The notes under the pieces are model-generated. The model was not told the DNA's origin. It did not search any database and was given only the letters and a program-made list of their open reading frames with translations. A stretch of 64,000 nt of DNA, taken from assembly GCA_025558095.1 (NCBI GenBank), contig JAIVFI010000041.1, positions 372,001 to 436,000 on the forward strand. The letters are read 5' to 3'. Shown in pieces: positions 11,769-22,506 of this stretch. Every line of letters begins with the position of its first letter. The first letter of the stretch is position 1. The DNA comes from Hyaloraphidium curvatum SAG 235-1 (taxonomy: Eukaryota; Fungi; Monoblepharomycota). Position numbers and translations under genes: made by a program.

Positions 11769-12296
11769 ATGCTTTCTGCCGAGCAGTCCTCGGACTCCCG
11801 CTGCACCGAAGCCCCAGCCTCCGGAGCCGATTTCGCGCACCTCCGCCGGGCCGTCTCCCTCTCCCTCTCGGGCATGCGTACCTCCCTCGGCGGCCCCTTC
11901 GGCGCCGTCGTCGTCTCTCCCAACGGCACCGTCCTCGCCGAGGCCTCCAACGAGGTCACCTCGAGCAACGACCCGACCGCGCACGCGGAGATCGTCGCCA
12001 TACGGCGCGCGTGCAAGGCGGCGGGGAGCTTCGAGCTGGAAGGGGCCACGGTGTACGCGAGCTGCGAGCCGTGCCCGATGTGCCTCGCCGCGTGCTACTG
12101 GGCCCGCGTCGCGAGGATAGTGTTCGCAAACACGAGGGAGGACGCTGCCGGGGCGGGGTTCTCGGATGCGGAGATTTACGAGGAGGTGGGCAAGGAACCC
12201 GACGAGAGAAAGGTCAAGGGGCTGCACGTAGAGTTGAAGGGCGCGGGGAAGGCGTTCGAGGAGTGGAAGGAGAAGGAGGACAGGGTACGCTACTGA
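11769..12296 (+). CDS. Zn-dependent nucleoside/guanine deaminase (cytidine-deaminase fold, GuaD-like)
   Basis: GGPFGAVVV, NDPTAHAE, SCEPCPMCLAACYWAR; intronless. Confidence 0.9.
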   Translation: MLSAEQSSDSRCTEAPASGADFAHLRRAVSLSLSGMRTSLGGPFGAVVVSPNGTVLAEASNEVTSSNDPTAHAEIVAIRRACKAAGSFELEGATVYASCEPCPMCLAACYWARVARIVFANTREDAAGAGFSDAEIYEEVGKEPDERKVKGLHVELKGAGKAFEEWKEKEDRVRY

Positions 12297-12500
12297 TCGG
12301 GGTGACGTGGACGGGGAAGGCGATGGGGCGGAAATCAGGGGCCAGAACTCGGCCAGCATCTTCAAACAGTGTAGTGCAGCTCGCGATTTGACCTGACCGC
12401 CTTGAAACACTTGAAGCGGCACCTGCTGCCGCCACGTCCAGCGGTCTTGCGTGTCGGCTCCGTTCCCTTGCCCGTGCACAACCCCTCCAACGCGTCTGCG

Positions 12501-13992
12501 ATGGCGGAGCCTCCACCGCCGTTCTTCCCTCTTGCGCCGCCTGCACTCCTCGCGCTCACTCCGCCGCGCGCGTCGCCCGAGTCGTTCGAGAAGATCGTCG
12601 CGGGGCCGGGGCTCCTCGGCCTGCTGACGGGCGGCGTCTTCTCGTCGAACCCGACATTCACGCAGGCGGCGCTGAAAGACATTGCCGAACTCGACAAACG
12701 GCGCGCGGCTTTGGTGGATGCGCTGAAGGCGGCGAGGCTCGCCCGGCCCGGCCCGGACCCGCCGCCCGACGCCGACTGGGAGGGCGCCATCGGCGCCATG
12801 CTGCGCGTGCTCAAGGCGGCGGACGCCTACATCCCCATGCTCAATACTTTCGTGGACATCGTTTGCACCGAGCCGCGCCTCGTCACGAGGACTCCCAACT
12901 TTTCCTGGTCGGCAGTGCTCGCCGCCCCGCGGCACCTCCAATTATCCCTGTCGGAGGGCATCGGCTTCGTCACGCCCGAGCTGGCCGTCTCCTCCTTCCG
13001 CGGGGAGCTCTACCAGACATGCACCGCCTACGCCTGCGCCCTCGTCGACCTCGCCCGCCTCCTCGTCGCGCGGTGCCCGCCATCCCCTCCCTCTCCCGCC
13101 ACATCCCAACCCGCCTCCCCGGTCCCCAACGCCCCCACCATCCCCCCACCCCTCCTCGCCCCCTCCCTCGCCGCCGCAACGACGAACCTGCTCCGCGCCT
13201 CCTCCCTCCTCCTCCACCTCTCCCAGAACGTCCTCCCCGCGTGGCCCGACCCGCCGCCCACCCGCCCGCCGGAACTCCACCCCGGCGGCGCCCTCGCGCT
13301 CTCCAACGCCGCGCTGGCGCAGGCGCAGCACCTCGCCGCCGTGCGCACTTTGCTGACACGCCCCAACACCTCCCGCAAGTTGCTCGCCAAATTGTTCGTG
13401 AAAGCGGCGGACTGGCACCGCGCCGCGCTCGCCGCGCTGCGCGAGCTCCCCGCCGCCGCGGCGGCGGAGATGGACAGAGCGTACGAGATGTACTTTTCCG
13501 ACGCCGGGGTTCTGCCGCGGGGGTGGGCCGAGGGGGTGCTGGCAGCGGAACTCTTCGACACCGAGGGGCGCGCGGGGAGCGCGGTGGCGCTGGTTGGTAC
13601 CCGTTTTCGCCTGCGGTAGGGTGATGGAGCTGATCCAGTCCCGTCGGCAGCTCCGAGACGCCAAGACGTCGCTCGACGCGCTGGCGGGCCACCCCGCGCA
13701 CCCCCTCTCCCGCGGCGCCGCGCAGCTCCTATCCTACCTCGACCCGCTCCTCGAGAAAGCCGAGGACGCCAACGCCACCGTCGTCTTCGAGCCCGTCGAG
13801 ACCGATCCGGACGTGGTGAGGGGGTGGATCGGGGAGGGGAGGGAGCTGGCGGAACGGAAAGCGTGGGAGGGGTGGGAGGGGGAGCTGGGGTTCGGGAGGG
13901 GGAGGGGGGTGGTGTTGCCGGGCGGGGCGGGGAAGAGGAAGGGGGGTAAGGAGGACGGGGGGAAGAAGGAGGGGGTGCCGGGGGCGTTCTGA
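12501..13992 (+). CDS. BRO1-domain protein, PalC/BROX-like
   Basis: FSWSAVL, ELYQTCTAYA, PPELHP..ALAQAQ, KAEDANATVVFEPV pattern; frame change near 13600 unresolved. Confidence 0.65.
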
Positions 13993-14259
13993 TTGGAAGC
14001 TCGAGAGAACTTTCCCGGTGCAGCGATCATCCAGGTCACGTCCGCCCTGGCCGTGGTCGCGTCCACCGATAGGAACTTCGCGGTCGGATCCCGATGGTGC
14101 AGGTCGGCGGGTTCAGGCGCGTGGTCGGTGGGGGCGGGTCACGTGCTCCCCCGTCAGTCAGTCAGTCGCAACGACCGACGCGGCTGTCCCCTCAATCGCG
14201 ACGGCCGCCGGCGTGCACGGTCGGACAGCGGCGACCGCGGTTCCTCGATGGAGGCGGAG

Positions 14260-15690
14260 ATGAGTGCCGCCGAGATGTTCCAGTACGAGATCGACCGCGA
14301 CACGTAGTGGGTCTTCCCCCCACGCGGCCTCCTGTGCCTCCCGTTCTCACCACCTCCTGTTGAAAAAACAGCGCGACTCAGGTCCGAACACTGCATAATA
14401 TTGGCTACACGGACGAGGTTGCCTGCATCAAGGCGCTACGGAAGAGCAATGGCAGCATCCCTGGCGCCATCGACGCGCTCCGTGCCGCTCCTCTTCCCTC
14501 GCGGACTTCGCGGATACCGGGCGGAGGCCTCAACGCCGCCGCTGCGGACCCCGTGCGGATGAGCTCTGGTGGGCTGGACAGCGGCTTACTGTCATTGTCC
14601 GACGAGTACCGCTGGTCCGAGGACGATCGCCGGCGCCACACCGAAAAGGAGGAGATGGTGCAGCGCCGACTCGCCGCCGAGCGGGCCAAAGCCGAGGCGG
14701 AGGCGCGCATCGCCGAGGCCGAGCTCCGCCAGAAGGCCGAACTGGAGCACCTTGCGGAGCTCGTGCGGCTTGAAGAGGAGAGGGAGGCGCTGGAGAAGGC
14801 GGCGCGGGCGGCGGAGGAGAAGCTGAAGGCGACGGAGAGGGAGCACAAAGCCAAGGAGGATGAGCTGCTTCGCAGGCTGGGGAGGCTGACAGCCAAGGAG
14901 CCAGTCGCCGAAGCAGCCGCTGCCCCTGCCCAAAGCAAGGCCCTGGCTCTGTACGATCAGGCCGCCGCCGCCCTCAGCGCCGCGACGGAGAAGGCAGGGC
15001 TCCTGCCCGCGCCGCAACAGGGCAGTGCCTCTGCAAGCGCTCCCCAGGAACGATGAGCCCCTGCCGCGGTTCCACTAGACCAACCAGACCAGGGCGCTGT
15101 GCGGCCGGCACCGGCGTCGGAGTCGTCGAACGGGAGCGCCACGGTGCGCGAGTCGGCGGGCTCCGACGCCGCGGCGGCACCGGAACCGCCAGCAAAGGCC
15201 GCCTCCCACCCGAGCCTGCGCTCCTCGTACGAGATCGCCCCCTCGGACATCGAGCAGGGCAAGTTCCTCGGCGCCGGCGGGTTCGGCCAGGTCTACGAGG
15301 GGACGTACCAGAAACATACCCGGGTCGCGCTCAAGATGATCGGGCCGGGCGCGAGCCCGCGGCAGCTCGAAAAGCGGAGGGCGGACTTCGAGGCGGAGAT
15401 GCTGATTTGGGGGCAGCTTCCGTACCACGCCAATGGTAGGTAGCCGTGAACAGCGCAACGTTGGTCGTCCCATTGATGACCTTCCAACTGTCGCCGCAGT
15501 TCTCCCGCTCATCGGCTGGTGCAGCGCCGAGCCGGATTACCGCCCCGCGCGGCCCGAGGGGTGCCCGAACAGCGCGTGGGAGGTCATGACGCGGTGCTGG
15601 GCGTTCGAGCCGGCGGCGAGGCCGGCGTTCGGTGAGGTGGCGGACAAGCTCAAGGCGGTGCTCAGGGAGTTGGAGGGGACCCCGGACTAG
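14260..15690 (+). pseudogene. UBA + coiled-coil + TKL-type kinase with catalytic core deleted
   Basis: UBA-like LGYTDEVACIKALRKSNGSIPGAIDAL; GAGGFGQVY, VALK, FEAE, then directly RPARPEGCP..MTRCWAFEPAARPAF; no HRD/DFG/APE; stop at 15054. Confidence 0.65.
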
Positions 15691-15745
15691 AAAGCTCGCG
15701 GCGGGAGGCCGGTACTGATCGGGGCCGGTGCGTTCTACTTGTCGG

Positions 15746-17342
15746 TCAGACCGCCGGGCAAAAGACCTGCACCGTCACGAACAGTCCCAGGTCCCTGAAC
15801 ACGCTCCACAGCCCTATTGCGACGGTGAAGGCGGTCACGAGAACCGTCCGCACGAGGCCCAAGCTCACAGGGACCCCGAGGATGCGCCCGCGGTACCGCT
15901 CGATCTCGGCGAAACTTTCCAGGACGCCGTCGTGCCGCGCGAGCTGCGCCGAAAGGTCCAGGTGGCGCTCCCCGCGCCGCTCCGAAGACAATGCGGCTTC
16001 GCATGCGAGCTGCCGCAGCCGCAGCCGGGCGGCGCCGTACAACCCCGCCACGGTTTCGAGCACCCCGTTCCGCCCCGTGGTTCCGAGCACGCCGAACATG
16101 GTCCAAGAGAAGTTGCCCAGTACGGGTATCGGGAACATCCACGCGGGGAGGCACGAGCCCGTGCCGATTGTCAGGGACATGGCGGCAAGGAGCACGGGGA
16201 TCTGAACGTAGATGGAGAACCTGCCGATGTCGAAGGGATGGTCGGCCAGCATGCGCCATTGGTAGGAGAGGCGGTTGTGCAGGCGGGTGTAGAGGAAAGA
16301 GGGCGGCGTCTCCAACGAATGTGCTTCGCGGGCTTCGAGGGCGGCCTCGTAGTGCCCTACCAGCTGGCGCAGGGCGATGGTCATGGCACGGTGAAGCAGC
16401 CGCCGCTCAAGGGATAGGAAGGGTAGCATGTCGACGACGAAGGGGCGCGACGCGAAGGCGACGAAGTTGGCGGCGATGGAGAGGACTGCGGAGGTCGAGG
16501 TTCGCGGATGGTTAGCACAGCCAACACGACAACGGAGCCACCCACGTGTCAAGCATCCCAACAGGATGCCCCACCACCGCGTCCAGAGCGTTCCAGCAAA
16601 GATCACCAAGGCAGTGTAGGCTTGCAGGAAGGGCGTCGCCCAAAACAAGAGCGTGCCATACACGATGTCGAGCACAACATCCATCCGGCCCGCGACGGCA
16701 GCGAGGCGGTGCAGGCCGGGCAGGGACAGTTGCCCCCATCCCTATCGTCGTGACGAACCGGGCTCGAGGCGCACGAGGCGGAGGTACCGCACCATTCCCG
16801 CGCAGGGGTTCGAATCGAGGTAGCCCGGAACGAGGCCAAACCGCTCCGGCCGCCGGAAGAAGGGCAGGCCTCGGCGCGAGTGGGTCGCGGAGGCAACGGC
16901 AATCCAGGTGCCCGTAAGCGCGGCGTTCCACACCACCACGCCGGTCAGACCGCCGGCGACCTGGCGGGGCCCGAAAAGAAAGCGCCCCGTCGTCCCATTC
17001 GGCGACGACCACGGCGAGCGCGAGGGCGAGGAGCTGCGTTGCCGCGATGGTCTGCCAAATCAGCGTCGTGTCGAAGCCCAGCCGGCACGCGATCCAGAAG
17101 GCCGCCCCCAGGGCCCGCGACGCCGCGCCGAGCTCGCGCACCACGCCGTCGGGCGTGAGCGGGTCCGCGGAGCGCGCACCGGCGGCGGGGTCGGGCGCCG
17201 CGTCGCCATTGTCCGGGAACGCGTCGACTATTCGGGGCTCGAAGGGCAGGAGGACGAGCTAATCCAGGGCGCTGAAGTCGCTGCGCTTCTCCGACGACGA
17301 CGACGCGGCGTCGCCGTCGTCCCGGGGTGCTGCAGCCTCCAT
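15746..17342 (-). pseudogene. 7TM GRL-like family member, disrupted (in-frame TAG at 17259-17261, several frameshifts)
   Basis: Family motifs spread over three frames: FGPRQVA, LDSNPCAGMVRY, VRHDDRDGGNCPCPAC, WTRWWGILL, GSCLPAW, GVPVSLGLVRTV..GLWSVFR..VFCP. Confidence 0.75.
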
Positions 17343-17544
17343 TTCGACGTTCCTGGGAAAGTTCTTCGCGGACCTCGGCCGCCGCTCGGACGGCTTCCGC
17401 CAACACCCCGCCTTTCATCGCCCATCGCCAGTAGCGGGACGGACGCCAGGCAGTGCTGAGTTGGAAAGAGGGCATATCTTCCCTGCGGCTCGTGCGTGGG
17501 TTTCCTGATCCACGTCTCGAAGCTCCACATCCGCGTCGACCCGG

Positions 17545-19368
17545 TCAGTTGCCCGTGGGGACCATCGGCGATCCCTCCGCCCTCGCCGTTACTACGTCCC
17601 AAAAGTAGGGCGCCTCCTCCTCCCCCCCATCCACGCCCGGTGAAGGTGAGGGCTGCTCCGAATGCCGGCTGCGGCTGCGCTTCCGCCGCACTTTCTTCCT
17701 CGAAGGCGACGGGGAAGGCGTCGGCGAGGGCGGGACGATGGCGTCCCATTCCGGCACCTCGGAATGGTCCGGGGTGATGGTCAGATCGGGGGTGATGTAC
17801 AGGTCCGGGGTGCCGTCGGGGAGGGTGGGGGGCGGGAGGGCGGGGTAGACGACGCCGGGGGCGCCGATCTGTGGGAGGGAGGCGGAGGGGTTGTACGGCG
17901 AAGGAGGTGCGAGAAGGGAAGCCGAGGGGGGGAGGGATTGGGAGAACTGTCCGGAAGGGGAGGACGTGGCGGGGATGTAGGCGCCGGGTTGGAGGGAGGC
18001 GGACGGGGAGTAAGGGGAGGGTGGTGCTGAGGCGGAAGGCAGGTACGGGGAGGGCTGGAGAGATGCAGATGCCTGCGGGGATGTTGCCGGGATGTAGCCC
18101 GACGGCGCGTACGGCGTCGGTTGGAGCGAGGCCGCTGCGGCAACTGGGTAGGCCGACTGTGCGGCAGGCGAGGCAGGAGGAGCGGCGTACGCCTGGGCGG
18201 CCGGAGGAGGCGCCGCCGCGTACCCTTGCGTCCCCGCGTAGGGCTGCCCGTTGGCGTACGGCTGCCCGTTCTGCGCCTGCACGACGGCCGCACTCGCTGC
18301 GCCCGCAGCAACGCCCACTGCCACAGGCGCGACGGGAAACCCCGGCTGGGGCTGTGGCTGCGGCGCCGCCTGCTGCATCTCCACGCCCTTCCCCTTGTAC
18401 CCCTTCCGCGGCTGTTCCTGCGGCTCGTACCGCGGCTTGTATCCCCCGCACCCGCAGCATCCGCAACCCCCCTTGTCCGGGCGCCAAGGGATCCCCCTGA
18501 ACAGGCCGTACTGGAACAAAATGGAGACGAGCATCATGGAGAGGCAGCCGGCCACCATGCCAATGAGCGCGGGGGTCCAGACCCAGCCGGAAAAGTCGGG
18601 GAGCTGGGGTTTGAAGAGGGAGAGGAGGGCGGTGGAGAAGCCGGAGCGGACGAAGGTGTCTTTCGGCAGGCGGGCGGTGAGCGGCCTTCGCGGGAAGAAT
18701 GGCGGGCACATACCAAGGCCCCAGAAGAACAAGAGCGACCCCGCGACCGCCGAGCACACGCGAATGATCGGCGCCCCCAGGAGCCAAATTGCGATGCCCC
18801 CAGCGACCGCCATGATGACGACCACGGCGATGGCCCAGCCCGGCGGAATGCTCGCAGACGCAAACCCCACGATCACCAACCCCGCCGCCAGCCCGCCGCC
18901 CAGCCCGAGTGCGACGAGGCCGACCTGCCACAACCAGCACAGGAAGATGCCCCCCAGCAGCGCGGCGCCGAAGGTCGTCCCGATGTAAATGGCCAACCTG
19001 TTGTCGCCGTACCCGACCCCGTTGGCCGGTTCGCACGCGTATAGGATCGTGTACGCGATGAATCCCGACACGGCGGCACCGGCGAGGAACAGCGTGGCGC
19101 GGAACACGCGGATGCCGCCGAACGCGAGCAGGAGGCCGACGCCCATGGAGACGACGGCCATGCCGATGGGGCCGGCGGCGAGGTCGCTGCCGGGCGGCAA
19201 GGTGAAAGGTGGGGGCAGTTTCTGCGCGGAAGCAGGGGGCAGCAGGAGGAAGAGGGGGAGGAAGGGGAGCAGGTCGGCCGCCGAAATGGGCACGCGACCG
19301 AACTGTGGCTGGGGCCGTGTCCGGGGCCAGGGGCGGCCCGGTATTGTCCGTGGCCACCTTAGGCCCAT
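17545..19368 (-). CDS. TMEM198/TM7SF3-like (DUF4203) membrane protein with Pro/Tyr-rich tail
   Basis: GLLLAFGGIRVFRATLFLAG and multiple Gly-rich TM helices; probably one intron. Confidence 0.7.
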   Translation of the reverse strand: MGLRWPRTIPGRPWPRTRPQPQFGRVPISAADLLPFLPLFLLLPPASAQKLPPPFTLPPGSDLAAGPIGMAVVSMGVGLLLAFGGIRVFRATLFLAGAAVSGFIAYTILYACEPANGVGYGDNRLAIYIGTTFGAALLGGIFLCWLWQVGLVALGLGGGLAAGLVIVGFASASIPPGWAIAVVVIMAVAGGIAIWLLGAPIIRVCSAVAGSLLFFWGLGMCPPFFPRRPLTARLPKDTFVRSGFSTALLSLFKPQLPDFSGWVWTPALIGMVAGCLSMMLVSILFQYGLFRGIPWRPDKGGCGCCGCGGYKPRYEPQEQPRKGYKGKGVEMQQAAPQPQPQPGFPVAPVAVGVAAGAASAAVVQAQNGQPYANGQPYAGTQGYAAAPPPAAQAYAAPPASPAAQSAYPVAAAASLQPTPYAPSGYIPATSPQASASLQPSPYLPSASAPPSPYSPSASLQPGAYIPATSSPSGQFSQSLPPSASLLAPPSPYNPSASLPQIGAPGVVYPALPPPTLPDGTPDLYITPDLTITPDHSEVPEWDAIVPPSPTPSPSPSRKKVRRKRSRSRHSEQPSPSPGVDGGEEEAPYFWDVVTARAEGSPMVPTGN

Positions 19369-19791
19369 GATTCTGGGCCCGAATGAGGCCCGGCGGGCCC
19401 GGGCAGGGTCGCCGCGGATCCCGAGGTCCCGCCCAAGCCCTTGTCCACCGATGCGGCCGAAGCGAGCGAGACCGGCTTTGCACTGACATCATCTCTCTCC
19501 ACTCTCTTTGTTTGATTCTTGATCTATGTTAGGGTATTTCTCTCCGCTCTATGTTCGAAGTCAGTCCCACCCATCGTCTCTACATAGAGAGTGACTATGG
19601 GCCCAAACACCAACGGTGCCCGCGGCACGTCCCCGCCGGCCCCCGGATTCCAACTCCCTTTTGCGGTACTTGCCGCTGAGCCTTCGCACCAGCCTTCGCA
19701 CCACGGCCTGCTATTTCTTCGAACACGGACCGGTCTAGGTACACCTGCTTTCGAATGCGCCATTTCCCAATAACCCTTCACGGAAGATGCA

Positions 19792-22209
19792 TCACTGGTC
19801 GCTGCCAAACAGATCCGGAGCCTGCCACTCGTCGCCATCGTTGGTCACTTTGACCGGCTCGTCGTCGTCCGCGCCGCCCCTGCCGCCGGTGCCCCGCCCG
19901 CCCGTGCGCGACGAACCGATGTTGACGCGGCTGCCGCCCCGGGAAGGCCCCGCGTTAGCGCGGTTTCTCCCCGTGCCGCTGCCGGAGCTACCGGGCCTGC
20001 CGTTGCCGTTGTCGCCGGGCTCGTCGTCCCCGGGTCCGCCCTCTTCCTCGTCGCCGCTGGGCTCGGAGCCCCCGTCGGCCCCGGCGTCGTCCTTGATGAA
20101 CATCTGGAGCAGGTTGTACAGCTCCGGGGCGAGCTCCTCGACCTCGGGTTCGACGGTGTACTTCCTCTCCTCCTCCGGCTCCTTGTCCTTCCGCGGCCGC
20201 GTGTCGCCCTCCAGGAGAAGCTCCGCGAGCGGGCCCGTGGCCTTGGCGTCGATCTGCTGGATCACCGTGTCCTCCAGGTCGTCCTGCAGGGTCTCTTGGA
20301 ACGAGCTGAGCATCTGCTGCGGGGGCAGCGGCGCCGAGTCGCCGAGCTTGAGCGGCCGGGGGGGGACGACGGTGATGCCCTGGTTCTCGCGCTGGTCGTT
20401 GGCCGCGGCGGCGATCCCGTCGGCGATCGCCGAGTCGACGGTGATGCTGCGGCGGGCGGCGCGGGCGGGTCAGCGGGGTGCGGACCGGCGCGGGCCGGCG
20501 GCGGGCTTACCCCATCTTGGCAAAGAACGGGTGGGCCAGGATCCGGAGGGGGTCCGAAAGCCGGGAGGCGGCATCCACGTGGAGCATCTTGGTCAGCAGG
20601 TCCGCGAGGTCCGCGATGCCCTCGTCGTCAGGGCTGTAGCCGTTCAGGTCGGCGACCTCCTGCCTCCACTGCCGCAGGTTCATGGGCTTGCTGAAGTCGG
20701 GGTCGTACCCCATGCTTGCGATGGCGCGCTTGTTGGGCCACGGTCCGGAGAGCCTGCTCTGGCAGAGGAACCCGGAGAAGACGTCGTACAGCGTCATGCC
20801 GAGGGTGAACCAGTCGGAGGGAGCCCCGTAGGTGAGCTTGGGCTTCAGGGGGCCGCTCAGGGTCTTTCGCCACTCGGTCGAGTACTGCTGCGCAATCGGC
20901 AGGAACTGCTTCTTGACCGCGTCGATCTCCGGTTGGTCCAGGGCCACGTTGTCGTACACGGGCTTGCCCTTGAAGGGGTTTCGGCTCCTCGCGAGCTTGT
21001 TGAACTTCCTCCGGCGCTCGGCCCTCAGCATGTCGGCAAAGATCCTGGTCAGGTCGTTTGACCGGATATCCTGCACCGCCTCGATCAGCATGACCTCGGG
21101 CGCGCGGTAGGACGGGTTCTCCAGGAGGATGTTGCTCTTTATGCCGTCCGCCACCTTAAAGCCGACCTGTTTGCCGAGCCCAGAATGCGAGGCGATCACG
21201 CTGTTGCCTATCACGAGCCGCTGCACGCGGTCCAGCACGTCCTTGTGCACGGCCTCGGGGCGGTTCCGGATCGCCGTGTTGAAGTCCGCCAGACGCAGGT
21301 GCCCGTCGCGGCCCACCAGGAACTGCTGCGCCTTGAGGTCTCGGTGGAGGAAGCCCCTGGAGTGCAGGACGGCGACCGACGCGACCATCTGCGCCGCGAT
21401 CCTGCGCGCCGCCTTGGAGAAGATGGGCAGCGAGCCGCCGAAGGCGCTGTTGACGTAGTCCTCTAGGGTGCCCCGGCCGGCGAGGTTCATGAAGGTGTGC
21501 ACGACCTGGGCCTGCTTGTCGACGATCGAGCCGAGGTACCGGACCATCTGGGGCGGCCGATCGACGGTCAGTGAACACCCGGGATGCGGCGGGCGGGGCC
21601 GACTCACAAAAGGGGCCCCGTTGACGGCCTCCATGACCGCGATCTCGTACTCGGCCAGGTCGAACTCGACTGGATCCTGGGGCCTCTGCACCTGGACTCG
21701 GGCAACCAGAGTCAGAACCGGGACCGCAGAGGCGCCCGGCTCCCCACCTTGACGACGAACTCCCCAGGCCCGGGGATCGCCGTGCCCCTGAACACCTGTG
21801 ACATGCCGCCGGCGGCGAGCAGCGTCATCTTGAACGCCGCGTTCTTGGTCGGGTCCCCGCGCAGGAACTCGGGCTTGAGCACGCGGACCTGGCCCGGCGC
21901 GAGCAGGTCGGTGCCGCCCACGGTCGCCAGGGTGGCGGCGAAATCGGCGCCGCCGCCGTTGCGGTTCCCGCCCTTCCTGCCGCCTTTGCCGCCCGTGGTC
22001 CGGCCGGTGCCGCCCTGAGTGCCGCCGTTGCGGCCGGTGCCCCGCGTGCCTGTGTGGGCCCCCGATCCGCCGGTCCCGGCGTTCGCGGGCACCTGCTTGC
22101 GCCCCGTCCGCCCCGTGCCGCGTTGCCGGCCGCCCTCCGACGCGGACCCGGCGGCGAAAAGCGCGAGGACGAGCAGGGCGGCGAGGATCCAAGCGGCGCG
22201 GCGGGCCAT
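19792..22209 (-). CDS. Protein kinase with N-terminal signal peptide (multi-exon)
   Basis: MARRAAWILAALLVLALFAAGSAS; LAAGGMSQVF, FVVK, AEYE, HRDLKAQQ, LADFN, YRAPE, SDWFTLG, SRL; acidic/Gly-rich tail. Confidence 0.8.
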
Positions 22210-22506
22210 CGCGATGAGCGGCCTCGGTTGGTTGCGGCGGGCAGGCGGTGAACCCAGAAAGGATCCGCCGGCCAGCCGGTGCCCTTGCCACGCGCGACCG
22301 CCGCGGTTTTGCGCATCGAATCATCGAGCAGACCGAAGCGAGCTGGAAACGATTCGCACCCGATCTCATCTCTCTCCTCTCGCTTGGTCGATCCTCATTC
22401 TACATTAGGGTATCCCGCCCCGCTCCCAGTTGGTCTAGCCGATCCGTGTCCAAAGGTGCTCTACAGCCAACGGCCCGTGCGCAAGTTACTCGCCTCGATA
22501 ATCGGA

